From: Candidatus Magasanikiibacteriota bacterium
Lineage (GTDB): Bacteria > Patescibacteriota > Patescibacteriia > Magasanikbacterales > GWA2-37-8
Assembly: GCA_963802255.1 (NCBI GenBank)
Contig: CAWDHY010000001.1
Location: forward strand, 107,274 to 171,273
Reading direction: 5' to 3'
Length of the DNA: 64,000 nucleotides
Shown: piece after piece, positions 17,556 to 27,000 of the stretch
How positions within the stretch are numbered: the stretch's first letter is position 1
How the letters are laid out: every line of letters starts with the position of its first letter
Translations under genes and position numbers: made by a program
Notes under the pieces: model-generated
Seen by the model: only the letters and a program-made list of their open reading frames with translations
Database searches by the model: none
What the model was told of the DNA's origin: nothing

Positions 17556-17915
17556 CAAAGTTGCGAAGGGGCAGTAACCACTGCTCTTTTGTATTTGTGC
17601 CGCGCAGGGACGCTTTGCGTCCCGTAGGCGGCTAACCATGTTTTGCGTGAATCGGTTCAAGTCCGGGCCCCGCAACAAAGTTGCGAAGGGGCAGTAACCA
17701 CTGCTCTTTTGTATTTGTGCCGCGCAGGGACGCTTTGCGTCCCGTAGGCGGCTAACCATGTTTTGCGTGAATCGGTTCAAGTCCGGGCCCCGCAACAAAG
17801 TTGCGAAGGGGCAGTAACCACTGCTCTTTTGTATTTGTGCCGCGCAGGGACGCTTTGCGTCCCGTAGGCGGCTAACCATGTTTTGCGTGAATCGGTTCAA
17901 GTCCGGGCCCCGCAA
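17556..17915 (+). repeat. 3 x 120-nt tandem array; each unit is a 94-nt structured spacer plus a 26-28-nt copy of the tRNA-fMet T-loop/acceptor 3' end
   Basis: period 120 (ggttcaa at 17534, 17654, 17774, 17894); units virtually identical; internal hairpins gcagtaaccactgc and gggacgc-ttt-gcgtccc; the track ORF 17469..17918 is a translation of this repeat. Confidence 0.85.
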
Positions 17916-17958
17916 CAACTAAAAACATCTCCGCATAAGCGGAGATGTTTTTAGTTGT
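17911..17958. terminator. bidirectional terminator with a 22-bp perfect inverted repeat (caacaactaaaaacatctccgc / gcggagatgtttttagttgttg)
   Basis: long perfect stem with U-tracts on both strands; closes the tRNA array and the convergent perM-like gene. Confidence 0.6.
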
Positions 17959-17968
17959 TGCAATGAAA

Positions 17969-19024
17969 TTATTTATTTTTATCCAAATTCTTTCGGAAAG
18001 AGTTTTCGTACATATCCCAAAATGCCATCATCAGCGCGGCAATAATCGGACCGATGATAAAACCAGAAATTCCAAATACAGCAATGCCGCCTAATGTGGA
18101 GAGTAATACTAGCAATGGGTGCATCTGCGAGTCTTTCCCAACCAATATTGGTCGTAAAAAATTATCAATAGTGCCGATTACCAGTCCGCCAAAAAGTATC
18201 ATGCCGATGCCGGTCCAAGTGTGCCCGGTGATAAGCATAACGATAGCGACCGGCAACCAAATAAAGTATGGGCCGACGCCAGGGACTGAAGACGCGAGAA
18301 CCATCAGAATGCCCCAGATAATAGCTCCGTCGATTCCGACAACAGCAAACATTAAACCGCCCAGCGCGCCCTGTATTAATCCGACAATCAGCGATCCTTT
18401 TATTGTTGCTCTTGCCGTTGAAGTGAATTTATCATAAAGCATTTTTTCATGTTCATCCCCAAGCGGGCACAGATGCATCATCTTTTTGAGAATTTTTTCT
18501 CCGTCTCGTATAAAAAAGAACAGGGTATAAAAAGAAACAAATAACATTATTAAAAATATAATAGTGTTTTGAGTGAACGACTTTGCGCTGCTGATAAGAA
18601 ATGTCGTCACGCCTTTTGTTAATTCTGAAAATTTTGCCGCCCAAAAAGCTTCGTCGATATTTAATCTTGTGGTATAAGGGTTATTTTTCACCCACTCTAT
18701 AGCATTGTGTATGCTATTGTTAATCTCTCCTCCATTTGAGGCGAGGGATGAATATAAATTAATTGATTCTTTTACGACCAGAGAGCTGACTAAAATAAGC
18801 GGAATTATTATAATGAAAAAAATGACCGTCATTGTAATGGCCGTACTTAAATTTGGGACATTCAATTTTTTATTTACTATGCGGTAGAGCGGATAAAAGA
18901 TACCGGCGATAATTGCCGCCCAGAAAATTGGATAGGCAAATGTTTTTATTATCCAAAGAAAAGCGATTGATACAATCGCGAGTAATGTTAAGAAAAGAAA
19001 GTTGCGGATTTTAGCAAAGTCCAT
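17969..19024 (-). CDS. AI-2E family transporter (PerM/UPF0118)
   Basis: about 8 TM helices with the characteristic AI-2E layout and a conserved C-terminal block. Confidence 0.55.
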   Translation of the reverse strand: MDFAKIRNFLFLTLLAIVSIAFLWIIKTFAYPIFWAAIIAGIFYPLYRIVNKKLNVPNLSTAITMTVIFFIIIIPLILVSSLVVKESINLYSSLASNGGEINNSIHNAIEWVKNNPYTTRLNIDEAFWAAKFSELTKGVTTFLISSAKSFTQNTIIFLIMLFVSFYTLFFFIRDGEKILKKMMHLCPLGDEHEKMLYDKFTSTARATIKGSLIVGLIQGALGGLMFAVVGIDGAIIWGILMVLASSVPGVGPYFIWLPVAIVMLITGHTWTGIGMILFGGLVIGTIDNFLRPILVGKDSQMHPLLVLLSTLGGIAVFGISGFIIGPIIAALMMAFWDMYENSFRKNLDKNK

Positions 19025-19074
19025 ATTAGATTATAAATAAATGATCGTGTGTTTATTGTATCAAAATGTCGGCA

Positions 19075-20496
19075 TTACATCAATTTATTTAAAAAGGGGA
19101 ATGCTTCATAAAGGGTCTGCTTTGAAATTACACGAAGAACAAGAATTAAGGCGGCGTAGATAAATATGCCCAACAATATTGAAATAAAAAGGTTTAATGG
19201 TTGCATGAAATAGACTGAAAACCCCATAATGGCGCTGGCAAATAGGATTTTTGTAAATGCTGACAAACGAGGCCAAAAACCGGAGAAAATACCGGTAATT
19301 ATCATAAGTCCGGCGCCGGCAAAAATTTCTGAACCGACGCGTACCCAGGCGGCGCCAAAGCCGCCGAATTTTGGGATTAATATGAAATAGGCGATAGTCG
19401 CGAGAATAGCGGCCGGCGCGTATATCCAAAGAGCATGTTTTTGCCGTCCGATAGCAAGATTTATGTGCCCGAAAACCATGCCAAAACAAAACCCGAAAAT
19501 CGTTAGAATTTGAATTTTAAGATATGGCCCGGATAAGATAAAATCAGGGCCTGCGACAAAGCGCATAATTGGTTCGGCGAGAACAAATGTGCCCACAGCA
19601 ATAGGAATTAAAAATAGGGCCATCAGGTCGAAACCCCGCTGTGATTGTTTTACAAAATCTTGCCGGATATTTCTTGAATATGCGAATGTGATAAGAGGCA
19701 GAAGCATTCCTATTAGCATTGAAGAAATTTGTAGGGCGATATCAATTATTCTATAGGCGGCGCCATACAAACCAACTTCTGTTTGTGTCACATAAAGAGG
19801 CAGGATAAGACGGTCACCCTGCAAATAAAAACAATTAAAAATGACCGCAAGAGCGACCGGCCATATTTTTTTGAATATGGCGCGACTGATAACACGGTCA
19901 ATCTCAATTTTTATCGGTTCGGCTTTATACCACAAAAAGCCTGTGTAGGCGATAGAGCCCAGAGTAATGACGGCCATCATAGGGAGAAAACCGGCGTTTC
20001 CGAGAGCAATGAGCGAAAGTCCGGATACGAGTACAATCCTGCCAATTACTTCGCCGATAGCCTGAATGTGAAGAGCCAGTCTGGTTTGATAAAAAGCAAC
20101 AAAAATTTGGTTGAGAGATACACCGATAAACGATATGGACATGATCACTGCGGCCCATTTAATTGGCGCGGGATAAGGGAAGAAGAAAATTGTTAACGGC
20201 ACTAAACCTTGTGTCAGCACAGCGGTGATAAGTCGCCAAGTAAAAAGATTATTCAGCAGTTTCTTCTTATCGTGTTCCGGTTCGGAAAGCATGTTGGCGG
20301 TTACAACGTGAAAACCAAAATCCGTAAATATGCCAATGAATTGCAAAAAACCGATGGCAGTAGTGTACCAGCCAAATTTTTCAACACCGAGGCTTCTGGT
20401 CATGATAGCGACGGCGGCGAGACCAAGTAAAGTGCTGACAATTTTTCCGCCCAGTTGCCAGATTGTATTATTTGCGATTTTTCTTATTTCGGACAT
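19075..20496 (-). CDS. oligosaccharide/polysaccharide flippase (MOP superfamily, Wzx/MurJ-like)
   Basis: about 12-14 TM helices; N-terminus IWQLGGKIVSTLLGLAAVAIMTRSLG is typical of Wzx-type flippases. Confidence 0.55.
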   Translation of the reverse strand: MSEIRKIANNTIWQLGGKIVSTLLGLAAVAIMTRSLGVEKFGWYTTAIGFLQFIGIFTDFGFHVVTANMLSEPEHDKKKLLNNLFTWRLITAVLTQGLVPLTIFFFPYPAPIKWAAVIMSISFIGVSLNQIFVAFYQTRLALHIQAIGEVIGRIVLVSGLSLIALGNAGFLPMMAVITLGSIAYTGFLWYKAEPIKIEIDRVISRAIFKKIWPVALAVIFNCFYLQGDRLILPLYVTQTEVGLYGAAYRIIDIALQISSMLIGMLLPLITFAYSRNIRQDFVKQSQRGFDLMALFLIPIAVGTFVLAEPIMRFVAGPDFILSGPYLKIQILTIFGFCFGMVFGHINLAIGRQKHALWIYAPAAILATIAYFILIPKFGGFGAAWVRVGSEIFAGAGLMIITGIFSGFWPRLSAFTKILFASAIMGFSVYFMQPLNLFISILLGIFIYAALILVLRVISKQTLYEAFPFLNKLM

Positions 20497-20644
20497 ATTA
20501 GGCGAATTATATCATAAAAAAGTATAAATAGTAAGAAAAATCACACAATAAAATATCTATATAATTAGCAATATAATGATTTTTTTGATATAATATTTTA
20601 GGCTGGTTACGTTTTTTGATTTGATCCGTTATTCATTACTGAAT

Positions 20645-22528
20645 ATGTTAAAAAAGCATACAATTATTTTTTCTCTGGCAGCCATTGGCGCTCTGTTTTT
20701 TGGCGTTCAAAATGCATCGGCAATTGATTTTACGCCGCCTCCATTTAGAGATTTAAATTATGCGGGGTCCTATGTCAGCCAAACAGTAGCTGACCCGGTG
20801 ACAATTGAGGCGGGGAAAAGCCGGGAGGTTACAGTAAAGATAAAAAATACCGGCAAGGCCACATGGTATAACACCGGCGCAAATTATATTTCTGTTTATA
20901 CGGTTAATCCGAATTACAGAAACAGCGCGTTTGCTTCAAGCAACTGGATGTCAAAAAATCAGGTGACAAAAATATCAGCAACAACAAAACCAGGCGAGGT
21001 CGCTGAAGTAAAAATAACTTTAACCGCACCAAGTAAAATCGGTGATTATCGCGAGGATTTTTATTTGGCCGCCGAGAATAAAACATGGATAAAAAGCAGT
21101 TATTTCTTTTTAAAAATTAAAGTCGTTCCGTCAACCGGTGCAGTTAGTGTAAACAGTGGCTCAACAGATACAGCGCAGGAAACGGCCGGGAATTCTACTG
21201 AGGGCGTAAATGATCAGGCGCAGGAAGTTGTTAATGAATATCAGGCCAACCTAGTCGCTTTTTCCTCCCGCCAAGTCACGGCACGAGGCGGTGATTTAAT
21301 TAACTTTAAGGTGAGGTACCGAAACAATGGCACTATTGCGTGGAACAATTATCTTTGGCAGGAAGCCGGAAGCAGCCGGAAAGGAGCTGATTCGGCGCGA
21401 GTAATTTTAGCCGATCAAAGCTGGGTTAATGAAAAAAAGATTTATGAAAAAACCGGTGCCGTTGTACCGGGCGGGGTAATGGAAATTAGTTACGCATTCC
21501 GGGCTCCGGCTGAGCAGGGTGAGTATGTAGCTCGTTTTCAACTGACCGCAGATGGGCATACTTTAGATGGCGGGACTTTGGAGATGCCGGTGACAGTTAC
21601 TGCCGATGCTCCGGTCGGCTATACTTCGCCGACATTCACAAATAATGCTACAAGAGCTCTGGTCCCAGAGACGAAAATACGGGTTGGTTTGTACAAGGTG
21701 GAAAAACCGGTTAAATTCCAGTCTACATATAATTACCAAATTTGGGCTGGTCTGATTTTAAAAGGAATATTGCCGGCAAATGAACTCGCCGAAATTAAAT
21801 ATTTTGATGGGATATATACTTTTACCGCCGCATCTTTGAGTTTTACCGCACGAGATTTGGTTCGGTTTGTCCCTGAAGATGCGAATGGATATTTTACGCT
21901 GACAAATTACGAACGTTATGTCAGCTGGAAGGGCGCTAAGAATTTTAATGCCTATCGCGGAACCATGGAATTTAAGTATTCGAATAATAGTGCTGCGCCA
22001 TGGGTGGTAAATGAATTACCGCTCGACACTTATGTTGCAGGTATCGCTGAAACATCAAATGGTGCGGCCATGGAATATATTAAGGCATTACTTGTTGCCG
22101 CGAGAAGTTACGCTTATTATCATATTAATAATGGCACGCCGGCTGACCAGCGAACTTTCGATGTTGTAGCAACAACGGCCGATCAGCTTTATTTGGGATA
22201 TAATTCAGAAGTGTTAATGCCACGAGTGGTTCAGGCGGCGAGGGCGACATATGGTGAAATGGTAACATATGGCGGTACACCGGTAGTGACTCCATATTTT
22301 GGCCATTCAGACGGGCGCACCAGGACATGGAAAGAAGTTTGGGGTGGTACTGATAAACCTTGGCTTATAAGTGTAGAATGCAAATATGATGCCGGACAAA
22401 GTATGTTCGGGCACGGTGTCGGGATGAGCGCGCAAGACGCTGCTTATCGCGCAGATAAAGACGCGTGGACTTATGAGCAACTGTTGAAGCATTATTATAC
22501 CGGTGTACAAGTGGAGAGAATATTTTAG
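20645..22528 (+). CDS. secreted SpoIID/LytB-domain protein (peptidoglycan lytic/amidase-enhancer family) with N-terminal Ig-like repeats
   Basis: signal peptide; C-terminal block AMEYIKALLVAARSYAYYH..FDVVATTADQLYLGYN matches the SpoIID/LytB domain. The track start at 20621 is TTG; ATG is at 20645. Confidence 0.6.
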   Translation: MLKKHTIIFSLAAIGALFFGVQNASAIDFTPPPFRDLNYAGSYVSQTVADPVTIEAGKSREVTVKIKNTGKATWYNTGANYISVYTVNPNYRNSAFASSNWMSKNQVTKISATTKPGEVAEVKITLTAPSKIGDYREDFYLAAENKTWIKSSYFFLKIKVVPSTGAVSVNSGSTDTAQETAGNSTEGVNDQAQEVVNEYQANLVAFSSRQVTARGGDLINFKVRYRNNGTIAWNNYLWQEAGSSRKGADSARVILADQSWVNEKKIYEKTGAVVPGGVMEISYAFRAPAEQGEYVARFQLTADGHTLDGGTLEMPVTVTADAPVGYTSPTFTNNATRALVPETKIRVGLYKVEKPVKFQSTYNYQIWAGLILKGILPANELAEIKYFDGIYTFTAASLSFTARDLVRFVPEDANGYFTLTNYERYVSWKGAKNFNAYRGTMEFKYSNNSAAPWVVNELPLDTYVAGIAETSNGAAMEYIKALLVAARSYAYYHINNGTPADQRTFDVVATTADQLYLGYNSEVLMPRVVQAARATYGEMVTYGGTPVVTPYFGHSDGRTRTWKEVWGGTDKPWLISVECKYDAGQSMFGHGVGMSAQDAAYRADKDAWTYEQLLKHYYTGVQVERIF

Positions 22529-22582
22529 GAACTGATTAATTAAAAATACCGGCTTTTTCGAGCCGGTATTTTTAATTATAGA

Positions 22583-23137
22583 TTATTTTTTTATTACTAC
22601 CTGTTCGCTATGATATTTTTTGTCTTCCGCCGATAAATCCAGAATCATCTCCCGTATATTATGCGGTCTTGGAATATTGTGCAGAGTAAATTTTGGTAAA
22701 GCACCTGCCGTCTGGATAATCACGCTTCCATAATTAAAAAGAGTTGCGAATACACCTTTTACTTCAGAGGTTGCGTCTTGTACTTGGTATAAATCCACCT
22801 CGGCCACCGTTCGGGAAAACAAGCTATTCTGATCAATATCGACTAGGCGATCATTTGTCATTATTAAGACATCAAGATAAAAAGTAACAAAATACGTAAA
22901 AAAATAAAGGATGACGGAAAGGTAGTAAATGCTTGCGAATAATACCAGTAATGGATATACAGTTGAACTTGTTAACCAGCTGGAAAAATTGGAACTTATC
23001 ATCCAGTATAAGCCAAAAGGCACGGCTAATAAAATGATAAGAAAACCGATTGCTGGAAGAAATGTAAACCAATGCCGGCGAAGACGGCAAATGACTTTTT
23101 CGTATGATTTTGCATGTATAAAAGAATCAATTCCCAT
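22583..23137 (-). CDS. membrane-anchored bacterial PH-domain protein (bPH_2/YdbS-like)
   Basis: two N-terminal TM helices followed by a soluble domain consistent with bPH_2. Confidence 0.4.
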   Translation of the reverse strand: MGIDSFIHAKSYEKVICRLRRHWFTFLPAIGFLIILLAVPFGLYWMISSNFSSWLTSSTVYPLLVLFASIYYLSVILYFFTYFVTFYLDVLIMTNDRLVDIDQNSLFSRTVAEVDLYQVQDATSEVKGVFATLFNYGSVIIQTAGALPKFTLHNIPRPHNIREMILDLSAEDKKYHSEQVVIKK

Positions 23138-23146
23138 ATCGTAAGA

Positions 23147-23461
23147 TTATTGAAATTTTTTAAATGACAGCAAATCACCAAACCAGGCGGTGTCAAAAAT
23201 AGTAACGCTTTGTTGCCAATCTATATCTGATAGCAGATACCAAGTCCCCCAGAGTACCAGAAGAGACACAACGATCAACATGATTGCCACTAAAATACTG
23301 GTAAATGTTAGAGCCGCAGTTTGAAACAAGTGGCCGACATTAATTAAGAAAAAAAGCCCGAATATGATTAAAAAAAGTAAAAAAATTATCAGGAAGATGT
23401 AAAGTGGAATTGATATCATATAAACAAATTCTTTATAAAAGAGTATTATTTTTTGGCTCAT
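23147..23461 (-). CDS. small polytopic membrane protein (hypothetical)
   Basis: three TM helices; ATG at 23461 (the track start is TTG at 23470). Confidence 0.3.
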   Translation of the reverse strand: MSQKIILFYKEFVYMISIPLYIFLIIFLLFLIIFGLFFLINVGHLFQTAALTFTSILVAIMLIVVSLLVLWGTWYLLSDIDWQQSVTIFDTAWFGDLLSFKKFQ

Positions 23462-24461
23462 CAAATCCAAGATGGCGATAGGCGAGAGAAGTCGCTTTTC
23501 GGCCGCGCGGAGTTCGCTCTAAAAAGCCAGTTTGCAAAAGATATGGTTCATAAACATCTTCAATCGTATCCATCTCCTCGGCTGCAGCAGCTGCAAGCGT
23601 ATTTAAACCGACCGGTCCTCCGCTAAATTTTTCAATCATGGTCGCAAGAATGCGGCGGTCGATATCGTCTAAACCATGTTCGTCGATAGAGAGAAGGGCT
23701 AAAGCGCTTTTTGCCGCAGACAAATCGATTAGGCCTTCATTGTGCACTTCGGCAAAATCACGCACGCGCTTGAGAAGACGATTTGCCACTCTTGGTGTTC
23801 TTCTGGCGCGTCCTGCAATCAGAGAGGTAGAATCCGAATCAATTTCAACATTTAAAATTGTCGCATTTCGAGAAAGGATTTTCTCAATGTCAGATGGTTC
23901 ATAAAAATTTAAATGAAAACTGTGACCGAAGCGGTCGCGGAGAGGTCCGCTGATCATACTCATTTTTGTAGTTGCGCCAATCAAGGTGAATCGATTTAGA
24001 GGCATGCGGATAGTGCGTGCGGCCGGGCCGGAACCGATAATGATATCCAAAGAATAATCTTCCATTGCCGGATATAATATTTCCTCAATCGTTTTGTTTA
24101 ATCGGTGAATTTCATCAATAAATAATATTTCACCCTCTTCCAAATTTGAGAGAATGGCGGCTAGATCACCAACTTTTTCTAAAGCCGGGCCAGAAGTCAC
24201 CTTCACGTTGGAATTCATTTCTCTGGCGATGATATGCGCAAGAGTTGTCTTGCCGAGGCCGGGATTGCCATACAATAAAACATGTTCCAGCGGTTCATTG
24301 CGCTTTTTAGCCGCCTGAATAGAAATATTTAGATTCTGTTTTATCTGCTCTTGGCCGACAAAATCTTTTAATTCGGAAGGTCGCAGTGTATTTTCGAATA
24401 CCGTTTCTTCCGGCCCGGCAGACGGTCCTGTTAAATTTTCATTATCGAATTCTTCATTCAT
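23433..24461 (-). CDS. ruvB: Holliday junction branch-migration helicase RuvB
   Basis: AAA+ Walker [16 protein letters not shown], sensor motifs and a winged-helix C-terminus. Confidence 0.9.
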   Translation of the reverse strand: MNEEFDNENLTGPSAGPEETVFENTLRPSELKDFVGQEQIKQNLNISIQAAKKRNEPLEHVLLYGNPGLGKTTLAHIIAREMNSNVKVTSGPALEKVGDLAAILSNLEEGEILFIDEIHRLNKTIEEILYPAMEDYSLDIIIGSGPAARTIRMPLNRFTLIGATTKMSMISGPLRDRFGHSFHLNFYEPSDIEKILSRNATILNVEIDSDSTSLIAGRARRTPRVANRLLKRVRDFAEVHNEGLIDLSAAKSALALLSIDEHGLDDIDRRILATMIEKFSGGPVGLNTLAAAAAEEMDTIEDVYEPYLLQTGFLERTPRGRKATSLAYRHLGFDEPKNNTLL

Positions 24462-24497
24462 AATGCAGGTATTGTAGTATATGCAGGACTAAAAGTC

Positions 24498-24535
24498 CAT
24501 AAAAAAATACCCCGAAGAAAGCGGGGATTTTTTTG
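24498..24535. terminator. hairpin ccccgaagaaagcgggg with U-tracts on both strands
   Basis: 5-bp GC stem with 7-nt loop; T-run on + strand, A-run on + strand (= T-run on minus strand). Confidence 0.5.
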
Positions 24536-24698
24536 TGGTCCGGGTGGGAATTACTCGTCGTCTCGCCGACCACAATCGGCTCGACTCCTTGCCCTGGGCA
24601 GCGACGGACTGCCACGGGCAGTCCGTCGACTCTCGCCAGCTCGTTTTTGCTTCCGAAAAAACTTCGCTTCTCGCTTCTGCCCGTTCGATTCCCTCGTC
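24536..24698 (-). repeat. family-A tRNA-appended structured element, copy 2 (downstream of tRNA-Leu-TAA)
   Basis: homologous to 14321-14486; 5' end (minus strand) gggaatcgaac is the reverse complement of the tRNA-Leu(TAA) T-loop region; 3' end attcccacccggaccac at 24536-24552 copies the tRNA 3' 17 nt. Confidence 0.6.
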
Positions 24699-24699
24699 T

Positions 24700-24737
24700 G
24701 ACATTTAAAAATACGGCTCCAACAAAAATTGGAACCG
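24700..24737 (-). terminator. hairpin acggttccaa-ttttt-gttggagccgt followed by ATTTTT (minus strand)
   Basis: 10-bp stem with one mismatch, directly after tRNA-Leu. Confidence 0.5.
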
Positions 24738-24748
24738 TACTATTAAAG

Positions 24749-24830
24749 TGGTCCGGGTGGGAATCGAACCCACACGCCTTGCGGCAAGGGATTTTAAGTC
24801 CCTCGTGTATACCAGTTTCACCACCGGACC
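24749..24830 (-). tRNA. tRNA-Leu (anticodon TAA)
   Basis: cloverleaf with a long variable arm (13 nt), anticodon loop CUUAAAA, T-loop TTCGATT. Confidence 0.85.
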
Positions 24831-24832
24831 AT

Positions 24833-25120
24833 TTATTGATTTTTAAATAAAACACTTGTTATTTTGTCCTTTTCTTCCTGTAATACTTGTAATTGATTTA
24901 TTAATATCGAAATTTGTTTTTTTATTTTATCTTCCTCATGAATCTGGTTAATTATTATCAAATCGTCAGTATCTGCTGTTGTGCCGGCTCTATGTTCCAA
25001 CTCCATTTTATGCGCGTTTTTTTTGGTTTCTACGATGAGCTTCTCTAAATCAATAATTTGCCGATTCACTTTTTCAAGCTGCGGTTTCATCGTTTCAAAT
25101 TGGGGCGTTCTTTCTCTCAT
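24833..25120 (-). CDS. small coiled-coil protein (hypothetical; cell-division/ZapB-like architecture)
   Basis: SD GAGGAA upstream of the ATG; heptad-rich sequence. Confidence 0.3.
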   Translation of the reverse strand: MRERTPQFETMKPQLEKVNRQIIDLEKLIVETKKNAHKMELEHRAGTTADTDDLIIINQIHEEDKIKKQISILINQLQVLQEEKDKITSVLFKNQ

Positions 25121-25191
25121 ATGGTTTCCTCATATTTTACCAGAAGCCGCGCCGTTAATCAAAACGGGTCTATGTGATATAATATATCCGC

Positions 25192-26997
25192 ATGAATGTC
25201 AAGAGGAAAAAAAATGGCGATAGCGGCTTTACATTGGTTGAAGTGATTGTGGCAATAGCCGTCTTTACATTATTCGCGCTCGGCGTTTACGAGGGCGTTC
25301 GTTATATTTACAAAATTGTTTATATGTCCAGAGTGAGAATCCTGGAAACAGCGATTTTGACCGAGGAACTGGAAATAGCCCGTAATTTGCCGTATGCAAG
25401 CGTAGGAATTTCAGGTGGCATTCCAAGTGGCCTTCTTACTCGTTCGAAAACAGTAAACCGCAACGGGATAATTTTTGATATTATCACAACTGTTAGAAAT
25501 ATTGATGATCCCTTTGACGGAATGGCCACCGGAACTGTTCCGCTCGATACATCGCCGGCAGATTATAAATTGGTAGAAATTTCTGCAATTTGTGACAGTT
25601 GTTTGCAAGGTGAACCTGTAATATTAAATACCATTATCGCTCCAAAAAATCAGGAAGGTGCAACGGAAAATGGTTCGTTGTACATTAATGTTTTTGATTC
25701 AATCGGTCTGCCGGTGCAGGGCGCAACTGTTTATATTTATAATCCCTCGACCACCCCGCCCCTTTCATTTGATGATGTAACCGATAATGATGGCTGGTTG
25801 CGTATTGTTGATCTTCCTACGAGCACTGTAAATTATCACATACTAATCTCAAAAGACGAATACTCTTCCGATTATACGGTAACTTCCACTATTCTATTGC
25901 CAAGTCCTGTAAAACTCCCGGCAACGGTTACGAGCCAAAATGTTACTGAAATATATTTTTCCATTGATCGGCTGGGGTCGCTTATGTTCCACACAATCAA
26001 CTCTAGCTGTGGAGTTTCTGGAGGTAAAGCCGTTTCTGTGCAGGGCGAAAAAATTATCGCCCGTGAGCCGGATGTATTTAAATATGACATGACACATACT
26101 ACAGACGGCAATGGAGACTATTTAATATCCGGTGCTGAGTGGGATAAATACTGGTTTAGCGCGTCCGGTACAAACTGGACCTTGGGCGGTACTGTCCCAA
26201 TGATGCCGTCGGATTTAAATGCCGGCGCAAGCCAAGAGATTTTCTTAATTGTACGTCCGTATTCTGAAAATTTTTTATTAGTAAATGTTCAGGATTCAGC
26301 CACAAAATTGCCACTGTCAGAAATTAGCGTGCGTCTGTATAAAGCCGGGTATGATAGGACGTTGGTGACCGGTCTTGGATATTCGCGCCAAACAGATTGG
26401 TCCGGTGGAGGCGGACAAGTCGATTATTTGGACGAAACAAAATATTATAGTGGTGATGGGAACCTGGAAACTTATATGCCGGCAGGGGATATCAAATTAA
26501 CAAAGATTGGGTCGGATTACCTGATGAACGGCTGGCTGGAATCATCAACTTATGATTTGGGTAGTTCTGTAAATTTTCAAAATATTATTTTTGAACCGAT
26601 TAATCAACCGTCGGAAACAGGCAACGACCCGGTCCGCTTTCAAATAGCGACAAGTAATAGCAGTACGCCTGAAGTATGGGATTTTATCGGCCCTGACGGC
26701 TCTTCGGCATCATTTTATACTGCGACCAATACTTTGATTCACGACAGCCATGACGGACAGCAATATTTAAGGTACAAAGTATTTTTGTCAACGGAAGATA
26801 CGTTGTTTACGCCAATTTTATCAGAGCTGTCATTCACTTATACGAATTTATGCGTGCCACCCGGACAAAGTTATTTTGACGGGCTGGAAGCGGCCGATTA
26901 TTATTATGATATTTCACGGACCGGCTATACAACGGTATCAGGAATCGTGACCGTAACAAGCACGCCGGTAATAAGAGTTTTAATGTCTGTTGAATAA
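25192..26997 (+). CDS. large type IV pilin-like protein (minor pilin with prepilin N-terminus, 601 aa)
   Basis: class III signal peptide KKNGDSG|FTLVEVIVAIAVF with Glu at +5; large beta-rich C-terminal region. Confidence 0.6.
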   Translation: MNVKRKKNGDSGFTLVEVIVAIAVFTLFALGVYEGVRYIYKIVYMSRVRILETAILTEELEIARNLPYASVGISGGIPSGLLTRSKTVNRNGIIFDIITTVRNIDDPFDGMATGTVPLDTSPADYKLVEISAICDSCLQGEPVILNTIIAPKNQEGATENGSLYINVFDSIGLPVQGATVYIYNPSTTPPLSFDDVTDNDGWLRIVDLPTSTVNYHILISKDEYSSDYTVTSTILLPSPVKLPATVTSQNVTEIYFSIDRLGSLMFHTINSSCGVSGGKAVSVQGEKIIAREPDVFKYDMTHTTDGNGDYLISGAEWDKYWFSASGTNWTLGGTVPMMPSDLNAGASQEIFLIVRPYSENFLLVNVQDSATKLPLSEISVRLYKAGYDRTLVTGLGYSRQTDWSGGGGQVDYLDETKYYSGDGNLETYMPAGDIKLTKIGSDYLMNGWLESSTYDLGSSVNFQNIIFEPINQPSETGNDPVRFQIATSNSSTPEVWDFIGPDGSSASFYTATNTLIHDSHDGQQYLRYKVFLSTEDTLFTPILSELSFTYTNLCVPPGQSYFDGLEAADYYYDISRTGYTTVSGIVTVTSTPVIRVLMSVE

Positions 26998-27000
26998 TTT

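Noticed and set aside
17556-17915. Possible CRISPR array (regular direct repeats)
   Set aside because: Units are 120 nt and identical throughout, with no unique spacers. The repeated segment is a tRNA 3'-end copy plus a constant spacer. No cas genes are nearby.
17469-17918. 149-aa minus-strand ORF with a thrice-repeated peptide (LRGPDLNRFTQNMVSRLRDAKRPCAAQIQKSSGYCPFAT)
   Set aside because: It is a translation across the 3 x 120-nt tandem array plus tRNA-fMet. The perfect nucleotide-level repetition and the overlap with a tRNA gene make a protein-coding interpretation implausible.
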